Shown here piece by piece: positions 1 to 11,900 of a stretch of DNA of 64,000 bases. The notes under the pieces were generated by a model. That model saw only the letters and a program-made list of their open reading frames with translations. It did no database searches and was not told the DNA's origin. Within the stretch, counting starts at the first letter, position 1; every line of letters begins with the position of its first letter. Both the position numbers and the translations under genes were made by a program. This DNA is from Klebsormidium nitens (Eukaryota; Plantae; Klebsormidiophyceae), in the NCBI GenBank assembly GCA_000708835.1, contig DF236951.1, forward strand, positions 186,101-250,100, read 5' to 3'.

Positions 1-68
1 CGGCCGGCGGGATTGATGCTCTGCCGAGACACAGGACAACGCGAACGTAGCCAGGAGCCTAAGCGGCA

Positions 69-502
69 ATGGGGTTCACGTCCTGCTGCGCCGCGTGCGG
101 CCTCAAGCACGCCAGTGACCCGCTCATGGCGACAGTTGCCAGAACAAGTGGCGCCCAAGAGTCGCCGCCACCACGGGCAATACCAACGGCAAACCTTCCG
201 GCCGCGGTGCCAGCTGTCACCACTCAAGCTGCTCAGAGGAGAGTCCCAACTGATACGAGCAAAAAGGGGAGACAGTTTGGCAAGTACAGGTGTCCTCAGT
301 GCCGCAGGTTCTGGATGAGCTGTAAAGTTGGGAGGGCATGGGGCAGCAGTGTCAGGTGTGCAAAATCAATTTGCACCCCTTCGCGCTGAACGAGCTGCTG
401 AAGCGCACGGAAAAGATTGACACTACGAGAAAGCACCCTCAGCATCTGTGTGAGAAATGTAGGCTGCTTGGCTATAGCTGCCGCGATTACTGTTCAGAAT
501 GA
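69..502 (+). CDS. ZCCHC24/ZAR1-type 3CxxC zinc-finger protein, interrupted by a 1-nt frameshift at about 326 (assembly error or pseudogene)
   Basis: ORF 69-389 gives GRQFGKYRCPQCRRFWMS. Shifting -1 at TGTAAAGTTGG (321-331) gives SWEGMGQQCQVCKINLHPF...KHPQHLCEKCRLLGYSCRDYCSE* (TGA 500-502). This is collinear with the ZCCHC24 C-terminal domain as recalled (FGEYKCPKC..WMSGNSWANMGQEC..C...HPQHLCEKCKVLGYYC). Confidence 0.8.
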
Positions 503-1313
503 TTCACAAGCACTGAGTGTCGATTTAAGCTGGCCAGATAGTCAAGAACGCAAGTCTGGGTGGAGAAATTGTGGAGACAGGCTCGCTGATAGGAAAACAG
601 TATATGGAGAGAAACTGGGCAGGGGAAAAGACGTAAGATCGAAAGAGATTGTCATAACGGGCAGCACGAAGATTCTGAATCGTTTCCATCCTATGTCAAG
701 GGAATGTCCACAGTCTCAATCCAGATGTCGGGTACACGCTTCGGCCACTGCCGAACAATCAGACTTCCACCTTCTAAAATTGTACAGGGTATCAAGTTCT
801 ACTTAAGAACACTTTGAGTATATCAGAATGTATTGTGGCATGCAGTATCACTGACCGGGCGATCTTCGGCCCGCAGCTTGAGGTCTTCAACTCTTGTATG
901 TACTTGTGCCAACTTGTGCCGGTGGCAGACGCGCGGTATAATATTGCAGCTGTAGGCTTCCGTGATGCGAGGGGGGGCTTCCCATGCAAAGTGAAAGCGG
1001 CCTTAATTGTATAGCAGCATAGCGGCATGCGTTTCACGACTCCAATGATCCCCCCGTATGTTTACTGCTTGCATATTGGACGCTTGGCGAGAGCTAGAAA
1101 ATTCTTCGTAATTACATATATTGACAGATATATACGCTGCAGGACACGTCAGGTATTACAACACTGAGTTTTACTCAAGGCTACTTTTGACTATGTATGG
1201 CTCCGCTCTAGCTTATCGTATCCCGTTCCAACATCCAAAAATTACTGTTACGCTAAACTACTTGATTCGCGCATTAACCCGCCCCCGGCCAGCGAGAACT
1301 CAACCGACCAAAC

Positions 1314-4300
1314 TCAAGCTTCCACCCGACCGCTCTCCGCTATGTACTTAAGGACGGACCGCCCCTCGGGAACAGACCACCCGAGCTCTTTCTCCGCCAG
1401 CCCCGAGCTATACTGGTTGGTCAGCGAAAAGGCCCACGCCAGAAAAGGGCCCCAAACTACGGACGCCTCCTCGAACGAAACACTTTGCACCTGGGACAAG
1501 GAAAGCCGCTGCGCGATCGCCTCGGCGATCTTTTTCCCGGTCATTCCCGTGTCGTATTTGTCGCCCAGATGGAAAATGGTACCTGCAACCGAGGATCGGA
1601 CACGTGGTCAGTGCGATCTGATGGCATGGCTGGCAGAGCGTTCGCTAGCAAAGAACGTCGGGTTAATTGCTTGATGATTATCGAGGAAAAGGCGTGCTCT
1701 CAGTACCGTTTCCATTGCGCGAGTGGCTTCGAGACAAGGTCAACCGAAGCAAACGCGACGCTTTCCACTTCAGAACAAAGCGAGAATGAGTTGCGCAGAA
1801 CGCATCAAAGCCGCCTTGAGATGGTAGAATCAGGCCTCCAACCAAGCCTGTCGGCCAGAACGTACTGCTCATAACGAGACCCTTTTTAACTTGCTCTTGA
1901 GCGATGAGAGCCCTTTCATTCAAGTACTCAGCATGAACCACTAAACGCGCACCTGGCGTGAAAGGCTTCTCCACAGCCAAGACGAACGCGGCCGCCACGT
2001 CATCCACGTGCACGACGGTCGTCACGTTCGAACCTGCACCAGAAAAGTGCGACTGAATAACAAACGCTTTCTTGAACGCAAGATTCGGGCGACAGTAACG
2101 TGGACTTCGTCCTCCGAATTGCTCTCGACTCGCCCCAACATACCCCAGAAATTACGCCGAGCCGTGATGGCTCTGAAGCAGATCTGTACCTGAGTTGCAC
2201 CGCAGCGCCGGGCTGGCGACTGGAGGTCAGAGCAAACCGCACACAAAGAACAAAGAGCGCTGGGAATATTTGGACGCAGAACATTTGCCCTGGCCCGCAC
2301 CAGATCTTTCATCCAAACCGTTCTCTGTTGAGGCTTGAGGTGCCAAAGGCAGGAGTCCTCAAGCGGAAGCACGTAGTGCTTTTCGTCTCCCTTACTTCGA
2401 GTACTGGATCGTCTCCCTTTTTTCAAGTCTCCGTGCGTTCCAACCTCAAAAGATGCGGAGCTTAGAAACAAAGGCTTATCTTTCAAAAGATTCTCAAGTG
2501 CTCCGCCCACATTTCTTAAATCGAGCTACGTCAATGCTGGGCGCCTTTGTGGAGAAATATGGAACAGAGACATAGTCGTGGGGCTGACCCTCTCCAATGT
2601 AACGCGCAACCCCGTCCTTTTCCGCCGTGGCAATCTGGATGGGGATGAAGTGGCTCCCGTTGCGGCCGTACACGTGGAGAGACAGCCGCATCACTGCGCT
2701 CCGGATCCCACGGCTGGCAGCCTGCCACATAGCACCCAAACCCGTGTGAGCGACATGCGTGGGAAGGCTGGCATGCAAGGATATACAGTCAGCCAGTCCA
2801 AGCAGAAGTGCCCATCAACATACGGTATATAGATAACCCGATCCACAGAGCGAGAAGTAATGGTACGAAAGGCGTATTCGAAGTTTCTGCACACTAATGT
2901 TCTGCCGGTTTTTCTAGGTAGGAGAGACGAGCAACGAGCCACTTCTTTGATAGTGCGTCGTGTTTTGAGTGAGCAGGCTGCCAAGGTCGAAACATCTCGT
3001 GGTGAAATGGGCTGGGGAGCTCACCTGAACGCACATCTGCTCAGCGATCGCCCGTTCGGCCGCTCCCCCTCCAGGCTGGATCGCCGTGCGCTCGTCAGCA
3101 ATCATGTCGCCGGTGTCTTGAAGCACACCGGTTCCTGCAAGAGCAATGCCGGACCTGCTTTGCAAACCAGTTCCTGACTATCCGAAATAAAGATTGGGAA
3201 TCGAGAGCTCGACCGAGCTGTAATTGAGTTCCAGCAAGGACCGCTTTTGACAACGAGCAAACCAATTCTGGCGTTCTTTCATGTTCTTTCAATTTTCATC
3301 TGAACTCTAGAGTAGTTGACCTGTGAGCAAATTGATTGGTTTCGACCTAACAGTTTGTAGCATCAGTTGAACGAAAGGCAAGATCCAAAGATACGCAACA
3401 TAGCCTTCGTTTCAGCGGAGGGGCGAGCGGTCACCTGAGGTCACAACAAGCACTTTGTTGGTTCCGGCCAGGGCCTCCGTGAACGTGGCAATCACCCGCT
3501 GGTCTTGCGCGACGGCCTCGTCATATTTGTCGAAGTCGTGGATGAACGCAAGGTGGAGAACTGCAAGCAAGGAGAAAGGCTTTGAATCACACATCAATCG
3601 AGACATTGATTCCAGTCAGCTCCGAGCTTGACAACCAAGACGATGTGAAGCTACATGAAGAATAGAGAACTGAGAGAGAATGTCCAGTTCAGCTGGAGCC
3701 ATCTGGCCATTGGCGTGATGACACTGGAAAGCCACCCGACTACGTTACTGGGAAGAGGAGGACCGCATCAGCATTGGCAGCTGTCGAGTATGAGGCAGTA
3801 CTGATTGACAAAGTGATTGTGCAATCCAGAGCTCATGTCCCAAAAAAGCGGAATTATGATTGTGTTTATGCCAGTACCCGATTTGAGTTTTCGTGGCTTC
3901 TCTTCCTGACCGCAGCACAGCAAATTACGAAGTGGACCATGAGCAATGTAGTTCAACTGCAGCAGCCACATGGACACAGTACATCACACAACGAGTGCCG
4001 CTTTTGAGCTGGTCCTTATATTTCTGATCGACTCGGGGCATCACTTCAGCAGCCGGAGTGCTTCACAGTATCTCATCAGCACCGCGATTGCCCGCCCCTA
4101 TAACCTAAGTGCAGCTTCCTGCATCCTTGCTCAACGTCTGTATGTATCTAACGAAATCTGCCAGTACCATTACGCCACAAGGCCCACCGGGCTGAGTGCT
4201 TTGAGAACTTACCTGCATCCGCCTTTTTCGCCTCTGCTGCCAAAACGTCCAGAGAGAACAGGTCCCCAATCACGGGCTCCACTCCCTTCGCCCTGAGCTT

Positions 4301-4417
4301 GGCAGCAGACGCCTCGCTCCGCGCCAAGCCCCGCACCGAATGTCCCGCTTTCAGCGCAAGGTCTACCACGACGGACCCAATGTAGCCCGATGCGCCGGTA
4401 AGAAAGATGTGCACCAT
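1314..4417 (-). CDS. NAD(P)-dependent epimerase/dehydratase, atypical SDR (YLL056C/SDR_a7-like), 6 exons, about 307 aa
   Basis: Rossmann motif IFLTGASGYIGS, then VLHLAFIHDF, VTSGTGVL, RLSLHVYG, VHVDDVAAAFVLA and AEKELGW. Exons 4417-4213, 3560-3435, 3134-3025, 2721-2589, 2033-1953 and 1582-1314 are all GT-AG and phase-compatible (924 nt). Confidence 0.92.
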
Positions 4418-5990
4418 TCTGGCTGCAGGCGGTGGATCAGTTGCTGAGCCTGAGTACCGCTTACACAACTTGTTGAGCTGGTTGACTAGAGTGGATTTTA
4501 GGTCAGAGCTGAGAAAATTGGCAAGGAAAGAGATTGAAGCTTAGGTTGCGGCGATCTGAGCACCCGGTGGTGGTTGGTATAAGTACTCTGCGAGAAATGC
4601 TGAAGCACGGCAGAACTCCATCGACATCGGATCAGATCGCTGTTGAGCATCGCATTGACCGTTGTTGATTGCACATGTACTTCTCTCAGCTTGTCAGAAA
4701 GAAGAAGGAAGCTCGGGCAGTCTGCACGTCAAGGCAGGGCTGACGTTCCTCGCAATCTGGAAATCTTGAAGCTCCTTTCGGGCGCTTGCAAGGAAGGTCA
4801 GGGTGTGCATGATACAGTTCTCCTGAATGACGTCATTTCTTGGTCATGTTCTCGCTTTGGATACGTACCCCGGCAAATTGGCAATGCATCGAACGGCTTA
4901 GTGCTGCCTTGATCGCGACGAACGGCCTTGGTTTGCCGCGATCGGAAGGATCCAAAAATCGGGTACGGAACTTCAGTGACTTTATTGAACATAAAGTATT
5001 CCCGGCTTACCTACCTGCATTACGTCACACGTGGGCAATGGGCATATGGCCTGGCCCCAGCCGCCCCTGGGGCCTGGGCCGCCCATGGCAGCGGCGGCCG
5101 CCGCAGCGTGCATGCGGCCAGGCGCCGGGCGCCGGGGCCTATGCTGCTATAACAGCATGTTGATCTATAGAATCTACATATCTCGTGCACCTTCTCCCTT
5201 CATTCCCGAGTTCACGAGGCAAACGCCGTTCTTGATACCTATCGTGTTTCATGTGGACATAGCTTCATCATGCCGGAGCTGCGGGAGTTATCATTTTTGA
5301 CCTCGTCACTCGAGGCTGAGGCTTGTGCAGTTAGATGCTCGCATTGTCTTTGATTTAACCTTACAAATTCCATCAACCTCCATTTCAATTTTTTGTTGCA
5401 ATCTAGTTGCTTTGCATGATGAACAAACCGGGTAAGTAGGCTATAGTGAAGATCTGTCAGAGTGGTTGCAACGAGGTTGCAACGTACGTCCAAAATACCG
5501 TCATCACTGCCGCGATACTCCTGTCTTGTCTGTCCAACCTTCAATAGGTGCTCATGTCATGCCCCCGTCATGCAAACTTGAAAGATCGTTGTGACTCTTT
5601 TTCGGGTAAGTTCGCTGCTGAATAAGAAATATATTGCACGTTCTAAGATGCTCGTCTAAGCATCAACGCGCACTTTCGTCCATTTGAGCTCTCCTGAACA
5701 AGCCCCCCTACTTTACATTACCTTCATATAGTATATACTTAACTGTCATCCAGTATTCTTGATGATGATTGTGAAACTTACTACATATCCTATCTGTGAC
5801 ACTCGCTCCGCTATAAAGGTTTCACCCTAGTTTAGCACTCGCTTTGTCTCCCCTCATCGGGACGTATTGGGTCCTCATCGGGTATTTGTCAATAACATGT
5901 GCGGGTCTTGAAGCACAGTCAGAACTTCGCCAATATAGCAACGCCGTGGGAACCATTTCCTGTCAAACGTTCTAGATATATTCACACCCG

Positions 5991-8900
5991 TCACAGCCGG
6001 CCTGGCAAGATCTTCTTGGCCATGGGGTAAATCCGCTCCTCCAGGAACTCCTCCAGCATCTTCCACCCCCCCTCCGTGTCCTTCTGCAGCCGCGCGGCCG
6101 CGGTGTCGGGGCCAGAGTACGTCGCGGCCGCGAAGCGCGCCAGGATCTCCACGAACTCCTCCAGGATGATGCGCGAGCGCAGGTTGTGCATGTGCTGCTG
6201 CGGCATCAGCTCCGGGAAGCAGATCAGCCGCTCCACGATGGACTTCACCTGCGGAACGGAACGGACAAATGTATGACGAGGGAAAAGCCGTAGGTCCCAC
6301 AGAAAGTTCGTTAAATCAGGCAACACTGTCCGTATGCGAAGTCTGTTGGTTCTGAACGCGCCTACTTGTTTTGTCCTTGTAAACGCCTGTCGTAGAGAGA
6401 TTCCTCAGAATGACTATCACTGCAACAAAGATTTCATTGCTGTCGCACATGAGGGAGGTTGATATGAACGAACCAAAGCTGATTTACTATACGCTTTCCA
6501 CTCGGTCAGATGCCAAGACTCCTGGTCCAGCGCTCTGCAGATTGAACAGAGCTGTTGCTTTTGCATCGTCTGAATCACTCGACTCCTTGAAGAGTCTCTG
6601 TGTCTGCCCATTACGCCGACAACTGAACGAGAACCCAGGCATCCCCTCACCTTGCTCAGATTCAGCTGCGGGCTGTAGAGCCCCATCTTGTCGGCCAGGC
6701 GCATGAGGTCATTGAACGTCATGTATCCCGGCCCTTCTTCCATTCCGCCCAGTGACGTCACGCTTGCCGCGGTCGGCGCCAGCCCCTTCTTTCCCCCGGC
6801 CTTAGCTCCAGTTCCATCTAAGCCCGGACTCCGAGGCTCGACCGCCCCTTCCAGACTCTTCGAGCCAGCCCCCTTGCGCGGGGAGCCGTGCCCGGGGTTG
6901 AGGGTTTCCGACGCGGCCGCGGCTTGCTTCGCCTCTCGCTCGAACCTCGACCGCCCGCTGGCGTCGCCCGAGTGCTGACCGGAACCAGCGGAAGCGGAAC
7001 TCTCTTTCTCGCGGTCAAAGACGGGTGTCCCGTGCAGAGCCTTGGTGCGCTCAACAGAGGACCGGACCGTCGTGCTGTCACCTTCCTGGGCTGCCACGTG
7101 GGCCTCCGCCATGGCCTCCGCGTAGTCCGTACAGAAGTGGCGGAAGATCTTGAGCAGCCGGCCGCGGTGCTTGTCGGCGTAATGGCCTCCTGCGGCGATC
7201 GACACCTGTCCACGAAGACGTTCCATATGAGGGCTTTTTCTATTGTGCTCTGGATACCTTGAGGATTGGTTGACCATAAGTCTTGCTTTCAGGCTTCAAT
7301 CACGATGCGCCGATCTCATTTTTTTGACGCCTCATGCATCTCAAAGGAGTCAGACCTGGAGTCCTGGGGAGTTTTTTGTTGATTGAAACGGAGATTTGGT
7401 GCCTCGCAACGGCCAAGAACAAGGGCGGCTGGGTGACACCCGCTCCGTGTGCCTGCTTCATTCGAAAGACGTGTCCGAGAACAAAAGATGGAGTGGGCAA
7501 GCTACGTTCCGTAAATTGGGAGAATGAGAGACGGCCTAGCGCCGCCCTGCCGCACAACAATCGTAATGTCGTCAATCCCAGCCGGGTCGCCTGAGGGGAA
7601 CTCCAGTCAGAATTCTCTGGCGATAATTTCTCGATCCTCCTTGCCGGAAGAGGAGGAGCCAGGACGACAAAGGCACCGCCCGCTCACCTGCTTTTGCAGG
7701 GCGTCCCGGCTGTCCGCGCGCGCGTTCGGGCGCACCTGCTGCCGGACGCACTGCTCGAACTTCTCGGGCAGCGTCCGGAAGCCGGGGTGCAGCACCCAGC
7801 TCAGCCGACACATGGTTTCCACGAAGCTGGGGAACGAGAGCGAGGTGAAATCTGCGGCGCCGTTGTGGGGGTCTAGCGCCGCTGCTTCCTGGACCCCCTC
7901 GGGCTGGCAGTGGGCTGCCACGCGGTTGTTCTCGCACAGCGGGAGGGGGCGCGCGAGCAGCTTGCAGTCGCGCGCGAGCCGCCAGAAGAGGCGCAGGGCC
8001 AGGCGGTCCGGCGCGCTGCGGCGGAGGGTTAGGGTGGAGAAAGAGGTGTTGACTCGTGCGAGTAGACGCAAGGACTTTCCGGACTCGAGGAACGGCCGGA
8101 CATCGGTTGAGAGTGCAGAGTAATCAAGGCGGGAGACGAGATTATAATGACGCCCGATCGGAGACAAGAACGAAGTCGCAAATTGGGGTGAAGTCGGTAG
8201 AAGAGGTTTGGACATACGTCTCGCTAAGTGGGGCTTTTGAGGCCAAAATTTGTTTGGGAGGAGAGGACGCCACCTTCTCCCAAAGCCAACAACAAATAAA
8301 GGGGGGGTCGTTCGCTGCTCACCCCGACGGTTCTGGCGTCCCCCCGGCGGCGTAGAACCCGAACACTTCGCGCAGTTCGTCCTCGCTGTCGCGCACAACG
8401 AGCCGCAGGCGCGCTTTCGCCTGCTCGGGATCGCCACCGCGCGCGAGCAGATCGTGCAAGTTGTCGAGGACCGCCTCTAGTTCGGGGATGAGGGAGAAGG
8501 TGCTGGAGGCGCGGGCCAGGAGGGGGCCGCTCTCCAGGTTCTTCACCTGGAGCGAAACATTCGGGATTGAGCAAAGGAGTCTTATTGAGAGGGTTAAGGG
8601 CCGGTCTCATAGCTGACCAACATGCGGCTTCCTTTGAGTAAGTGGTATTAAGGTAGCACAAAGTCCTGGCGAAGGGAATGTTTGATATGTTGTTCTCAGG
8701 TTGGAAGGAGGACTTCTTTCGGGTTCTGGAAAGAAGGTATAGGCGTAGCTCACCCTCAAGAAGAAAGACTTTACCCGTACGTAGAATCGAAGAAGTTGAC
8801 CGAATCAGGAAAATTCGAAAGAACAAACACGCAAGGGAAGCAAAGATTGAGAACAGACGAGCAGGCCTCGTCCAAGCGACGCAGTTTGTCTTGTTACCGG

Positions 8901-11900
8901 GCCCAGCTTTGTCAATGTGGGTCATATAAAGAAAGGAGGCACAGTGCAGCCATTCCTTGCCGCGCACAGGTCGTTGGCGGCCTCAGTGGTTCCTGGCGAA
9001 GGTCTTTGTCAGATTAGGCAAATCCCGAACATCGACAACACAGGCGCATCCGGCTTCGATTCCATACCTTGAGGTAAAGGGTCCTCTTGGGCGGTGCGTA
9101 CCGGTCCCGCTCCAGCAGCAGGAGCTCCATGACGCTCTGAAAGCCGCGCCGCGCTGCGGCGTCCAGTGAAAAGCTGCACGCGCGCAGGTAATTCAGGGCT
9201 GCCTCGTTGTGCAAGGAGAGGTTCGACGCGGCCTCCTGGGAACATTGAGAAAGACGCGATTAGCTAAAGGAGCGAACAACGAAAAATCGCAGGCATAGGC
9301 GCCGGGGCGTCTAGTGAAAAGCTGCACGCGCACGTATAACTCAAGGCTGCCTCGTTGTGCATGGAGAGCTTTGACGCGGCCTCCTGGAAAAAGTGTTGAA
9401 AAGATGGGGTCGGCTAAACAAGTGATCAACGCCGAAACGCAGGCGTGGAAGCTCAGCCTTGACGAGTTTCATTGATGCGAAAAGTGGCGCTTGTGCCAAG
9501 CCGGATTGCTTGTCAAGCTCCGGGTCGAAGGATGCTGCTCCTTGATTGCAAAAGCGCGTTTGTTGAGACGTTGCCCGCCTTCGTATTTCGTGACTCCTTT
9601 GATTCACTAAGCGGCCTGGCTTATAGGAAGGGGCAACAATGCGCGCTGGAAGTTCACATGCAAGTACAGCTACAATACGAACCGGCTGATCGGTGGCGAC
9701 AAGTCTTGACATGGGACCGTTCGCTGTGCTTAAAGCATCATGCTTGAACTACAAAGAGAAGCCACCGGACGGAGAGCCAGTAGCCTTTCATAGGTTGAAT
9801 TTGAGCCCCAGTCTCTAATTACAAAACGCAATGTCGCCAAGTTAAATACCAATATTCCGATCTCTGCACTCCAGCAAAGACGTCGGGCGGCCGCCTCACC
9901 GCGGCTAGCTGCAGCGCCTCCAGGTCCTTCGGGTTATCCCGCGCCCTTTTCTGCGCGCGCGTGTGCTCCTCCCGCAGCTCCTGCAACCGCGTCCCCTGCA
10001 GAATCACGCCCAGTTCGGACAGTGCAGATTTCCGACCTTCGACTCCATCCGCGGGCACTTGTCCGGCGTCCGTTCCGTCCGACGGGGACTTTGTGGCGTC
10101 CGCTCCGTCCGAAGGAGGCCTACCGGCTTCCGTTCCTTCCGAAGCCGGCTTTTTGGCGTCCGTTCCGTTTAAAGGCGGCTTTCCGGGGTTCAGTCTGTCC
10201 GAAAGTCGCTTTTCCAAGTCTGTCACTCTCGAAACGTGCTTTCCTGCGTCCGTTCCGTCTCCGACGGCTTTTCCCGGCAGACCAGGCTTCCGCATTCCCG
10301 CTCTGTCCGCTCCGTTCGTAGGAGACGTTCCGACGTCCGAGCCTATCCCCCTGTCTTGTAAAGCCTTCGGTAGAGCCTCCCCCGTGTCCTGCTTGGCTGC
10401 TTTTTCCGAACCGCTTGCCGTCGGCTTTTGATCGGCGGACTCACTGCTTATTGCATCTTTGCCAGGCTGCTCGCTTGTATTAGCGAAGGACTGCACAGCA
10501 GCGATAAGCTCCGCTTGTAAGTGCGCCGCTTCTGTTTCAGGGAGCTGTACTGGGCCGTCGACGTTGATCTGCGACGGGTAACGGCTGATCCGTGACTGCT
10601 TGCGCGAGGCTGCAGGAAAGGAGAAACCCGGTTTTCAGCTGAGCCTCAAAGCTATTAGGCCTGCTGCTTTCCGCATGAGCATGTCCAGGCATGTCTTGAG
10701 CTCGATAAGATTCATGCTTCGACTTCTGCGTAACCCCTCGGACTCGTGGGCCGCATGTGCTGAGTAAAGTTCAAGCCTTTTGTGTTTTTCAGTGGCTGAC
10801 AGATCTATAATTTCGTTTCTTCGAGTTTTGCAAGTTTAGACAGCTCGATCCAGGAACACGGCTGTCCCAGACAAGTCATGAAAGCATGGGACTTCAGACA
10901 CAGTCTATCACCCTGCGACCATGCTTCGTTGGATCTTATCACCAAAGTGGTAGATTCTGTCGGAACCCCTCAGACGGTCAATCTTTGACGGCGAACACTC
11001 ACAGTCAACCTCAAAGCTTGCGTCCACCTCCCCATCGAAGTCGAGCGCGTACTCCTCGTCTCCGGCGCGGCCATGCGCGCTCTTCCTGAATGCGATCTTG
11101 CACGAGCTCTTGTTGGCGGCAAACGCCTGGACCGTCGAGCAAAATCACCGTCAGCAGAGCTTAAGCCATATGGAGCGTTTGATGCTGACGAGATCAAGAG
11201 CTGGAAGCGAGCAGAAAAGCGACCATAAAAACCCAAAAACCCGAAAACCCGCAAAAGTGCAAGCGTAGTTTCATAGTCACGAATCGTGGGAATAGCGTCC
11301 TGGCAGCGCAGGCAAAGTCTACAGATCAGCTTAGAAAGCTCTGCGTTCGTTTGTCGGCACTCCGCGGCTATTTTCTCTTTGCTGCAAACCTGCGTCTTTG
11401 AATTTTCAAGGACTTATACGTTAGGTAATATCTCATAAGTAACTGACGCGCTTGCCTGCACGAGCCCCTTTGCTGCTGCTCCGTCCATGACCAGTGTCTC
11501 CAGGGTCCTGCACTGCGTCATTGCTGACGCCAGCGCCCCCAGGCTGCCCTCGTCGAAGCGGCAGTCCGTCAGGTCCAGCGTCCTGAGGCCCGTGTTTCCG
11601 CCCAGCGCGGCGCAAAACGCGGCGCCGCTGTCGCCTAGCAAGATTCCGGAAGACACGTCCAGGACCTGGGAAGAATAGAAGCAGTGGGTTCGAGTCTATC
11701 GCTTTTTTGAGACCGCGAGAGAGAATGTTTACGTATGTTGCTTACGTCCGGATATCGAGTTTTCCAATCAACGCTAGGGGCGTCCTGGTGGCTGCGGAGT
11801 CGAGCTCTGGCGTTGTAATTCCTGAAGATGCTCGATGCAACCATCAGGATATACAAAGCAATGGGGCTCTTTTGTGTAATAAATGGTTCCTCATAGCCGG

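Noticed and set aside
321-340. Programmed -1 ribosomal frameshift in the ZCCHC24-like gene
   Set aside because: There is no X XXY YYZ heptamer, and tRNA re-pairing at -1 would land on TAA. An indel is the simpler explanation.
5445-5510. Minus-strand GTGATGA...CTGA pair resembling a C/D snoRNA
   Set aside because: The boxes are only about 50 nt apart, there is no terminal stem and no convincing plant rRNA complement.
7524-8123. Long antisense ORFs over GC-rich exons (also 9961-10431, 15221-15646, 58482-58775, 59406-59939)
   Set aside because: These are expected shadows of GC3-rich coding exons on the opposite strand.
11675-11708. GGTTCGAGTC B-box/T-loop-like motif followed by a T run
   Set aside because: No acceptor, D or anticodon arms and no properly spaced A box. 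It cannot fold as a tRNA.
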